Origin: Candidatus Aenigmatarchaeota archaeon
GTDB lineage: Archaea; Aenigmatarchaeota; Aenigmatarchaeia; QMZP01
Reading direction: 5' to 3'
Assembly: GCA_016783545.1 (NCBI GenBank)
Contig: JADHWJ010000006.1
Coordinates: 888 to 64,887 of the forward strand
DNA length: 64,000 bases
Shown piece by piece: positions 1-8,196 of this stretch. The position numbers and the translations under genes are program-made. How positions within the stretch are numbered: the stretch's first letter is position 1; every line of letters starts with the position of its first letter. A model generated the notes under the pieces. The model searched no databases and had not been told where the DNA came from. It saw nothing but the letters and a program-made list of their open reading frames with translations.

Positions 1-1
1 T

Positions 2-406
2 GACTTTGAAATAGCTATTTTGACTGTTCCAAAGAGATTTTATTACAAATTAAAAGGTGACAGCAAACTAGCAATATTCACTGAATTGTTTTTTGTTGTT
101 GAATTCATAGAAATTGTTCCGAAAACGTCTTTTCAGCCAATTCCAAAGACAAATTCTTTTATAATAAAAATTGTTCCGAAAAAACTAACATCAGAAAAAG
201 AGAAAATCCTCAAAGAATTGTTTTTGCAAAGAGATAAAAAGCTGAAAAATGCTCTGTTGGAAGCGCTTTGTAGGGTTAAAAAATTGACAAAAAATCAGGC
301 TAGAGAAGACTTAAAAGCATTGAAAACAAATATTATATTAGGCAAGAAATTGTCAAATTTGAATGCCAGGGAGCTTAAATTTCTGGTGAAAAGTATAAAA
401 TTTTAG
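2..406 (+). CDS. rsmA: 16S/18S rRNA dimethyladenosine transferase (KsgA/RsmA/Dim1 family), C-terminal part; 5' end lies outside the window
   Basis: The frame is open from nt 2 with no upstream stop. The segment FQPIPKTNSFIIKIVPKK resembles the F-x-P-x-PKV-x-S motif of KsgA/Dim1, followed by a helical C-terminal domain. Confidence 0.5.
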   Translation, partial: DFEIAILTVPKRFYYKLKGDSKLAIFTELFFVVEFIEIVPKTSFQPIPKTNSFIIKIVPKKLTSEKEKILKELFLQRDKKLKNALLEALCRVKKLTKNQAREDLKALKTNIILGKKLSNLNARELKFLVKSIKF

Positions 407-466
407 GATTATCTTTTTAAAGGATAAAAGATATTGTAAACAATTATCGTAATTAGGTGATATTAG

Positions 467-3400
467 ATGGCAGGTAAAACAGCTAAAGAAATGGCAAAAG
501 AACATAGAGAGGTTTCCATATCAGAATTTTTTGAAAAGAACAGACATCTTCTGGGATATGATAATAAAACAAAGGCCATGCTCATTATAGTAAAAGAGGG
601 CGTGGATAATGCTCTGGATGCATGTGAAGAGGCAAAGATACTTCCAGATATCTATGTTAAAATAGAAGAAATCGTACCAAAAGAGAAATATAAGATAGTT
701 ATAAGGGATAATGGTCCTGGTATTCTAGAAAAGCATATACCTAAGGTTTTTGGTGTTTTGCTTTTTGGTGGTAAATTTCATAGGCTTCGTCAGTCGCTAA
801 CAGCAGATGAGCCAATTTTAATGACAAATAACGGAAAAACCGAGCTTGTAAAAATAGGTGATTTTGTGGATAAATTTATCAAAGGGGAAGAAGGTGACCT
901 TAATGTTCTAGGAAAAGATATACATGTCCCTGCTTTTGATAAGAATGGGAAATATGCTATGAAAAAGGTTAGCCATCTAATTAAACATAAAAGAGAAAAC
1001 GAGATTCTGGAATTTACTCTTAACACCAATAGAAAAATCAAAGTCACAGGGTGCCATAGCTTGTTTACATTGAATCCAGAAACAATGAAAGCTAAGGAAA
1101 TTGAAGCAAGGAATATAAAAAAGGGTGATTTCATTATATCACCAAGAAAGCTCCCTGAAATAGATAAGCTCAAAGAAATAAATATACTCAATTATCTCAG
1201 TGTTGTAGATATTACTAGAAACCGGTTTTATGTTCATGGTATTGATAAGTATTTCCTAAAGAAATTGTTTGATGATGCTGAAATAGTACATAAAAAAGTT
1301 GATAAAAGCAGAAAATTCTTTAGATTGAGAACAAAAAATGGATACAAAGACATTGTTGCAGAAAAAGTGAAATATTACATAGAGAAAGGCTTTTTGCCGT
1401 TGAGTCTTGTTTTGAAGCTTGGGTTGAAAAATGAACTAAGAGACTGTTGGATACAATCATATTTTCATGGGAAAAGGACAAAATTCCCAATTACACTTGA
1501 ACTAGACAAAACTTTCATGAGATTTTTAGGGCTTTTTATTTCAGAAGGTCACACTAATAAGAGAAAAGTTGAATTCACTTTTGGGAAACATGAAGATTAT
1601 CTGATTAATGAAATAATAAATTATGCAAGAATTCTTGGTTTAAATACAACAATTACACACAGAGAAAGATCAATAAGAGTCAGTGTTTATGGTAATATAA
1701 TAGATACTTTAATGAAAAAATGGTGCGGTAGAGGAGCAAAGAATAAGCATATGCCTGAATTTGTTTTTAGAACAACATATGAAAATAGAAAAGAGTTTTT
1801 GAAATACCTGTATCTTGGGGATGGTCATGAAAACAAAAGATTTAAAGTTCTGCATAGTACTAGCAAGCGATTAATAAATGAAGTCTCATATCTTTGGCTT
1901 ATGCAAGGTGTTGTGGCTACCATGAGCAAAAGAACCTGCAAAGGTCTTGGTAAAAAACCAACAACCTGCTATATGGCATATGTTTTTCCAAACAAAAGGA
2001 AAGGTAGATATGATATGATTCCTTCTGAAATGATAAAGGAATTCGAACCAAAAAAAGATTGTCTTTTTTCTCCAGAGAGAATGTTTGAAGTCCTTGGTTT
2101 GGGATATAGAGAAGAGATAAGAGAAAAATACCAGCAAATTATGTCTTTGAATTTGAATGAATCATATTCTTTTTATGATATGCAGGAACTAGTTTCAGGA
2201 AGGATAACAAAAACACATACAAAGTATCTGTGTAAATTGGGATATCTGAAGGAATCGAATGGCATGTTTTTTGTTACAAAAAAAGCAAAAGCTCTTTTAA
2301 AAACATTTGAAAAAATAAAATACTTTTACAATTCTGACATCTGTCTCCTTAGAGTCAAAGATAAAAAAATAATTAATTCAGGATATAATTCTGTTTATGA
2401 CATATCTGTTCCTGACTGTGAAAACTTTGTCGGAGGTTATGGTGGCATCTCATGTCATAACAGCAGGGGAGCACAGGGTTTGGGTATATCTTGTGCTGTA
2501 CTTTATTCACAATTAACAACAGGAGAATCAACAGAAGTTCTCTCATCTACTGGGAATGGAAAGACTCATAGATATAGGCTAAAAATAGATATTAAAAAGA
2601 ATCGGCCTGTTATATTGGAAAAGGACATACTCAAAGGAAAAGAGTGGCATGGCGTCCAGATAAGTTTTATTGCAGAAGGATTGTATAAAGAACATAAACA
2701 GAGTGTCCTTGAGTACTTGAAGGAAACAGCTATTTCAAATCCGTTTTCAAATATTGTATTTGAATCGCCAATAGGAAAAATTGAATTTAAGAGGGGTATA
2801 GAAGAGCTTCCTATGGAACCAAAGCAAATAAGACCTCATTTACATGGTGTTGAGGTGGGCATACTTACAAGGATGATACGTGATACAAAAACAAGAACTA
2901 TTTCCAGTTTTTTAACATCTGAGTTCACAAGAGTTGGAAAAACAAGTGCAACAGAAATATGTAAAAGAGCAGAACTTGATACTAAAACCTCTCCAAGGAG
3001 ATTAAAAGATGAGGACATAAGAAAACTTTATGAAGGTGTAAAGGAAGTGAAACTCCTAAACCCGCCAACAGATGTGCTTTCTCCATTAAAAGATGAACTT
3101 ATTGAGAATGGCCTGAAAAAGGAACTAAATCCAGAATTTGTGGCTTCTATCTCAAGGCCTCCGACAGTTTACAGGGGCTGGCCCTTTCAAATTGAATGTG
3201 TTACTGGAGATACGAAAATAATCCTTGAGAATGGTAGAATTATACCTATCAAAAAATATGTGGAGAATGAAATGACAAACACAAAAGTTTATTCAATGGA
3301 TAAAAATTTGAAAATTGCTCCGAAAAAGGTTTTAGCTGTACAGAAAATATTAAAAAATCATAAAATTTACAAAATTAGAACAAGAAGTGGCCGTGAAATA

Positions 3401-5305
3401 CAAATAACAGGCAATAATGAAATTCCTGTAATAGAAAATGGGAATATCGAATGGAAAAGAGTAGATGAGACAAATAAAAATAATTTCATTGCTGTGCCAA
3501 GAAAAATAAATATTGATGGAGTAGAACCATTTATAATTGATTTGTTAGAAGAAAATTCAGTGCGCATTCATAATCAGGATCTTATTATTAGCATTGGTAA
3601 AAAATTAAAGGAAAGATTTGGGACACAAAAAAATTCTGCAAAACATCTAGATATAAATTACAATAAATATAAAGGCTTATTTAAGAGAAGCGTTAGAAGA
3701 CCAACCCTAGCAGAATTTAAAAAAATGGTAAAGTATTCATATTCGGATTGGAATAAAATAAAGAAAAAAGTAACAAGAATAACAATTGTTGACAATAAAT
3801 TCAGAAATCCTATACCCATAAATATACCATTAAAATGCAATGAAGATTTATTATATTTGCTAGGTTTGATAAATTCTGATGGTCACATGGCAAAAAAAAA
3901 TTGGGGAATATTTTTTACCAATAATGATGGAAAACTACATGATTCATTTAAAAATAAAATTAAGAGTACCTTTGGCCTTGATGTAAGAAGAGTAAAAAAT
4001 AATTCAATATTTTATAACAAGACTACTTTCTTGCTTCTTAAAAAAATAAGAGAGGCATTACCAAGCTTAACAGACAAGCTTATAATTTCTTGGTTAAAGG
4101 GTTATGCTGATGGAGACGGTATGATTAATGCTAGAAATACAAAACTGAAATCATTGGGGTTTGCAACTGCGAAGATAGAAAAGGCAGAATTTGTTCAATT
4201 TTTGTTATTAAGATTGGGTATTATTTCAAAAATAGAGAAACAAAAACCTTCTAAGTCATTCGGATTTATAGATGGGAGAAAAATTCAGACAAAAAAAGTA
4301 AAATATAATATAATTATACAAGATGCAGAGAATATGAGAAAATTTAATGATTATATATCATTCAGACAAAATGAACGTTCATTAAAGCTATTAAATTGTA
4401 TCAATGATGATTTTAACAATATATCATATTTATCAAAATCAGATATTGTACCATTAGGCAATATGCTTAATTCAGCAAGAATGGAAAATGGTTTAACCCA
4501 ATTCGATTTCCCATTTTCAGATCAGACAATAAGAAGTATAGAAAAAAAGCGCCAAAATATCACAAGATATAATCTTAACATAATAGCACCTAAATTTATA
4601 AAAGGAAAGAGCAGTGATAAATTGAAAAAATTAGCAAATTCTGAGATATTATGTGATAAAATATGTTCCATCGAAGAAATAAGGAACAAAGATAAATATG
4701 TTTATGATTTAACAGTTGAATCAGGGAATTTTGTTGCAAATAACATAATCATACACAATTGTGGAATTGCGTACGGGGGTTCTATAAAAGATGCAAATGT
4801 AATGAGATTCGCAAACAGGGTGCCTTTACTTTACAAGGCAGGTGACTGTGCAATCACAAAAGCAATAGTTGCCACAAAATGGAAGAGATATGGAATCGAA
4901 ATGGAAGGTAAAAACATCACAGAACCAATAATTATTTTTGTACACATGTGTTCTGTGTGGGTACCTTATACATCTGAATCTAAAGAGGCGATAGCAAATT
5001 ATCCAGTCATATTAAAAGAACTAAAACTCGCACTTCAGGATGCTGCTAGAAAGCTCTCTAGGTATCTTTCAGGTGTTAGAAAAGCTGAGAGGGCTGCTGA
5101 AAGGAAGAGAATATTTGAAAAATATGCTGAAGAAACAGCTATTGGTTTAGAGGAACTAACCGGAAAATCAAAAGATAAAGTAAAGAATAAATTATTGGAA
5201 ATAGTAAATAAAAGAATTGGAGAGATTGAATTAATAGAGAAACAAGCAGAAGCTGCTGATATTTCAAAGGGGGTAGAGAATGGTAAAGAAGATAAAGAAA
5301 ATTGA
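467..5305 (+). CDS. top6B: DNA topoisomerase VI subunit B, interrupted by two inteins (1612-aa precursor, predicted 535-aa mature protein)
   Basis: GHKL motifs are present: EGVDNALDA, DNGPGI, and SRGAQGLGIS, which is restored only after excision of insert 1. PFQIE/CGIAYGG is restored after excision of insert 2. A GGTGA Shine-Dalgarno-like sequence lies upstream, and top6A follows with a short overlap. Confidence 0.9.
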   Translation: MAGKTAKEMAKEHREVSISEFFEKNRHLLGYDNKTKAMLIIVKEGVDNALDACEEAKILPDIYVKIEEIVPKEKYKIVIRDNGPGILEKHIPKVFGVLLFGGKFHRLRQSLTADEPILMTNNGKTELVKIGDFVDKFIKGEEGDLNVLGKDIHVPAFDKNGKYAMKKVSHLIKHKRENEILEFTLNTNRKIKVTGCHSLFTLNPETMKAKEIEARNIKKGDFIISPRKLPEIDKLKEINILNYLSVVDITRNRFYVHGIDKYFLKKLFDDAEIVHKKVDKSRKFFRLRTKNGYKDIVAEKVKYYIEKGFLPLSLVLKLGLKNELRDCWIQSYFHGKRTKFPITLELDKTFMRFLGLFISEGHTNKRKVEFTFGKHEDYLINEIINYARILGLNTTITHRERSIRVSVYGNIIDTLMKKWCGRGAKNKHMPEFVFRTTYENRKEFLKYLYLGDGHENKRFKVLHSTSKRLINEVSYLWLMQGVVATMSKRTCKGLGKKPTTCYMAYVFPNKRKGRYDMIPSEMIKEFEPKKDCLFSPERMFEVLGLGYREEIREKYQQIMSLNLNESYSFYDMQELVSGRITKTHTKYLCKLGYLKESNGMFFVTKKAKALLKTFEKIKYFYNSDICLLRVKDKKIINSGYNSVYDISVPDCENFVGGYGGISCHNSRGAQGLGISCAVLYSQLTTGESTEVLSSTGNGKTHRYRLKIDIKKNRPVILEKDILKGKEWHGVQISFIAEGLYKEHKQSVLEYLKETAISNPFSNIVFESPIGKIEFKRGIEELPMEPKQIRPHLHGVEVGILTRMIRDTKTRTISSFLTSEFTRVGKTSATEICKRAELDTKTSPRRLKDEDIRKLYEGVKEVKLLNPPTDVLSPLKDELIENGLKKELNPEFVASISRPPTVYRGWPFQIECVTGDTKIILENGRIIPIKKYVENEMTNTKVYSMDKNLKIAPKKVLAVQKILKNHKIYKIRTRSGREIQITGNNEIPVIENGNIEWKRVDETNKNNFIAVPRKINIDGVEPFIIDLLEENSVRIHNQDLIISIGKKLKERFGTQKNSAKHLDINYNKYKGLFKRSVRRPTLAEFKKMVKYSYSDWNKIKKKVTRITIVDNKFRNPIPINIPLKCNEDLLYLLGLINSDGHMAKKNWGIFFTNNDGKLHDSFKNKIKSTFGLDVRRVKNNSIFYNKTTFLLLKKIREALPSLTDKLIISWLKGYADGDGMINARNTKLKSLGFATAKIEKAEFVQFLLLRLGIISKIEKQKPSKSFGFIDGRKIQTKKVKYNIIIQDAENMRKFNDYISFRQNERSLKLLNCINDDFNNISYLSKSDIVPLGNMLNSARMENGLTQFDFPFSDQTIRSIEKKRQNITRYNLNIIAPKFIKGKSSDKLKKLANSEILCDKICSIEEIRNKDKYVYDLTVESGNFVANNIIIHNCGIAYGGSIKDANVMRFANRVPLLYKAGDCAITKAIVATKWKRYGIEMEGKNITEPIIIFVHMCSVWVPYTSESKEAIANYPVILKELKLALQDAARKLSRYLSGVRKAERAAERKRIFEKYAEETAIGLEELTGKSKDKVKNKLLEIVNKRIGEIELIEKQAEAADISKGVENGKEDKEN
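794..2461 (+). mobile_element. Intein 1 in Top6B (556 aa) with LAGLIDADG homing-endonuclease domain
   Basis: Starts SLTADEPIL (Ser1, block A-like). Block B is VTGCH. LAGLIDADG motifs are FLGLFISEGH and LKYLYLGDGH. Ends SCHN, followed by +1 Ser. It splits KFHRLRQ|SRGAQGLG at the ATP-lid G2 box. Confidence 0.85.
3197..4759 (+). mobile_element. Intein 2 in Top6B (521 aa) with LAGLIDADG homing-endonuclease domain
   Basis: Starts CVTGDTKI. LAGLIDADG motifs are LLYLLGLINSDGH and WLKGYADGDGM. Ends IIIHN, followed by +1 Cys. It splits PFQIE|CGIAYGG. The block B position reads ITGNNE, with no His. Confidence 0.85.
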
Positions 5306-6380
5306 TGCAAGAAAAGAACTTTCGATGTTTGGGAATGGAATAGTTGGACAGATAGACAAAGGTTCAAATCCTGACATAACTTTACCTATAAGAGCATTAT
5401 CAAACATATTTTTTGATAAAAAATCAGGTCTTGTCAAACTTGGTATAAAAGTAAGTCATAGATCATATCTTAACACATCACATACAAGGAAATTCATGCA
5501 GACTGTTATGGTTGCTGCAGAATGCAATAAAATAATAAATCAAGGAGTAACAACATCAATCAGGGATTTGTATTATGCTTTGAAAAGGACTATACCAGAC
5601 ACAAATGAAAACACATTCGAAGAGCAGGCTGAGAGCGATCCGATTTTAGAAGACCTGGAAGCAACTCTGAACACTTTAAGAGAAGCTCTACATCTGAAAG
5701 CAGATAGAAAGGGATATCTTGCAGGTCCATTAACTATCGTAGACTCAGATGATACTATAGACTGTTCAAAAATGGGCAGCTCTGGTTGGGCAATACCTTC
5801 AAATGTTGAGGGAGAGATTATAACATTCAGCAAATGCACTGCTGATTATATATTGTTTATAGAGAAAGATGCTGTCTGGCAAAGGCTTAATGAGGACAAG
5901 TTCTGGAAAATTCATAACTGTATAATTATGACAGGTAAAGGACAACCAGCAAGAGGTGCAAGAAGGCTTGTTAACAGGCTACATAACGAGCTTAAATTAC
6001 CTGTATATGTGCTTGCAGATGCTGATCCTTGGGGATATTACATATATTCTGTAATAAAACAGGGCTCTATCAACCTTAGTTTCCTTTCTGACAGACTGGG
6101 AACACCAGATGCAAAATTCATTGGATTAACAACAGAAGATGTAAAAACATTTAAAATACCAAATAATGTTACAATCAAACTCAACAAAGGAGATGAAAAG
6201 AGAGCAAAGGAGATGATGAAATATGTATGGTTTAAGCCAAAAGAATGGCAAGCAGAATTAAGAAATATGCTAAGAGTGGGTTACAAACTGGAACTGGAGG
6301 CTCTTTCAGCAAAAGGTATCAGATTTATTTCCGAGAAGTATCTGCCAAAGAAAATAAAGGAAAAAGATTTCTTGCCTTAA
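5280..6380 (+). CDS. top6A: DNA topoisomerase VI subunit A (Spo11-like)
   Basis: Contains DLYYALKR, FIEKDAVWQRL, GKGQPARGARRLV and the Toprim motif ADADPWGYYIY. Overlaps the top6B 3' end by 26 nt. Confidence 0.9.
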   Translation: MVKKIKKIDARKELSMFGNGIVGQIDKGSNPDITLPIRALSNIFFDKKSGLVKLGIKVSHRSYLNTSHTRKFMQTVMVAAECNKIINQGVTTSIRDLYYALKRTIPDTNENTFEEQAESDPILEDLEATLNTLREALHLKADRKGYLAGPLTIVDSDDTIDCSKMGSSGWAIPSNVEGEIITFSKCTADYILFIEKDAVWQRLNEDKFWKIHNCIIMTGKGQPARGARRLVNRLHNELKLPVYVLADADPWGYYIYSVIKQGSINLSFLSDRLGTPDAKFIGLTTEDVKTFKIPNNVTIKLNKGDEKRAKEMMKYVWFKPKEWQAELRNMLRVGYKLELEALSAKGIRFISEKYLPKKIKEKDFLP

Positions 6381-7844
6381 TTATTCCACTATTTGTATTC
6401 CATGCGGCTTTGCCACTTCCCTTGCATTTTCAGAAAGCCTTTCCAGAACAGCAAGTTTTCTATATTCTCCAAGATTTGCACAACCTGCATGATATAAAGC
6501 CTCTCTCAATGTTTTCATATAGACTTCCATACCAGGTTTAAACCTTCCTTTATAGGGTATTAAGCCGCTTACTCCTTGGAATGTTGTTAGAGAGTCTCCA
6601 TCAAGAGGTGTAGTGTATCTGTCCATATCGCCAGATGTACGAAAAGACTCTTTTGAAGCTTCACCATATATTCTAACCGCAACAACTCTCCCATCCTTCA
6701 TTACTTTTTGACCAGCAGATTCCTCAAAACAACCAAACATAGAACCACCCATAACACCATCAGCATGTGTAAGTGCAACATTTATGTTAGCTGTTGTTTT
6801 TATGCCGCCGTCTGCTATAACAGGAACATATCTTTCCTTTTCTGCATAGCTGTCCCTCTTTTCACACACTCTCACAATAGCTGAGAACGGAGGCGCGCCA
6901 ACACCCAAAACTTCATTGGTGCTGCATATTGAACCCGGCCCCATGCCAACCTTAACAGCATCAACGCCTGCTAAAGCAAGATACTCAAATGCTTCTGGTG
7001 TGACTATATTACCGGCGCAGATTGGAATTTCTGTAAATCGTTTCTTAAATTCCTGGACAACATCTCTTGAAAAACTTGTATAAGCATCTGATGTATCGAT
7101 AAAAATCATATCAGCGCCTGCTTCAACTAGCATATCAGCTCTTCTTTCCCAGTCTTTGGTACTGATAGCAGCGCCAATTTTGTATGCTTCATTTCTCTGC
7201 ATAAAAACCAATCTTGAAAGCCTTCCCTGACTATCAAGCACAGGTGTAAACCTATATTCTCTTTCTCTAAGAAAATCATCTATCTCTTGGTCACTCATAT
7301 TTTCATGACAGACCTCCATAACACTGCTTCCAGCTGCATTTTTGAATGGCATCATAACTTCTGTTATTAGTGTTCTTGGATCCATCAGGTCATGTTTAGA
7401 TGGTTTATAAGCAAACATTCCCACAAATTCTGCTGTCTGTTTTCTTTTAACAGGTATATTGGAATGCCCGAATTCCCTTGTCTTCATTAAAACAGTGCCA
7501 AGTGTATCATTCTCATATACTATTTCAGGGTCTGTTTCAGACTCTATTTCACCAGGCTTTATCTCTCTATCCCTTACAAATCTGACTATTTCTACCTGTC
7601 TTTCTGGTGTCAATCCTCTTGGAGCAACAGCCATCATCTTGCCCTTACCTGCTGCATAAGCAAGTTCATTTCCTGTAATAGATCTCATGGCAGCTGTAAA
7701 GAATGGAGCACCTAGTCTTATCCCACATATATCTGAACTTAAATTCACAGAATCAGGTATCAAATCATCTTCTTCAGGCCTACCAGGATGTATAAGAAAA
7801 TCATCGAATGTTGTACCAAAATATTCCCCAAAAATAGTTGCCAT
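6381..7844 (-). CDS. guaB: IMP dehydrogenase family protein (GuaB-like, with CBS-type insert)
   Basis: Contains the catalytic-loop-like GMGPGSICSTNEVLGVGAP and VIADGGIKTTANINVALTHADGVMGGSMFG. Length is 487 aa. Confidence 0.75.
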   Translation of the reverse strand: MATIFGEYFGTTFDDFLIHPGRPEEDDLIPDSVNLSSDICGIRLGAPFFTAAMRSITGNELAYAAGKGKMMAVAPRGLTPERQVEIVRFVRDREIKPGEIESETDPEIVYENDTLGTVLMKTREFGHSNIPVKRKQTAEFVGMFAYKPSKHDLMDPRTLITEVMMPFKNAAGSSVMEVCHENMSDQEIDDFLREREYRFTPVLDSQGRLSRLVFMQRNEAYKIGAAISTKDWERRADMLVEAGADMIFIDTSDAYTSFSRDVVQEFKKRFTEIPICAGNIVTPEAFEYLALAGVDAVKVGMGPGSICSTNEVLGVGAPPFSAIVRVCEKRDSYAEKERYVPVIADGGIKTTANINVALTHADGVMGGSMFGCFEESAGQKVMKDGRVVAVRIYGEASKESFRTSGDMDRYTTPLDGDSLTTFQGVSGLIPYKGRFKPGMEVYMKTLREALYHAGCANLGEYRKLAVLERLSENAREVAKPHGIQIVE

Positions 7845-7885
7845 GTGATTATTTAATAGAAACTTTTATAAAGGTAATTGTATAA

Positions 7886-8167
7886 TTACCCTAAGCTTTT
7901 GTCTAATTCTTCCAATGTGCTGGCAATTTCCTGTACATCAGAACCTACGTCCACAACAGCTTCTGAAGCCTCTTCACCACTTTTTATACTGCTTCCACCA
8001 AAGAACATACCAATTGGACTTCCCATTAAAAGAAAGCCTACGGCCCCTAGAAGAACAACGATAATAACTATTGCAATTAAAAGGCCTTTGCTGAGTTTAA
8101 TTGTCACATCTCCTTTGGCCTTAGTGTTCCGTATATTGTTAAGTATATTAGCTTTTTTCTTTGCCAT
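7886..8167 (-). CDS. small membrane protein, unknown function
   Basis: 93-aa ORF with one clear hydrophobic helix (LLIAIVIIVVLLGAVGFLLMG). It fits the intergenic space; the overlapping plus-strand ORF 7878..8303 is low-complexity. Confidence 0.45.
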   Translation of the reverse strand: MAKKKANILNNIRNTKAKGDVTIKLSKGLLIAIVIIVVLLGAVGFLLMGSPIGMFFGGSSIKSGEEASEAVVDVGSDVQEIASTLEELDKSLG

Positions 8168-8196
8168 ATCTATCCTTTGTTTTTATTCCTTAAATT

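Noticed and set aside
790-5367. Antisense and alternative-frame ORFs inside top6B and its inteins (790..1191, 1886..2137, 2836..3018, 3367..3567, 3658..3840, 5035..5367).
   Set aside because: They lie entirely within a strongly supported sense-strand gene. Their products are low-complexity Leu/Ser/Phe-rich sequences of the kind expected from the antisense of AT-rich coding DNA.
6245-6541. A 98-aa plus-strand ORF spanning the top6A/guaB junction, and ORF 7878..8303.
   Set aside because: Both overlap better-supported genes and have low-complexity products.
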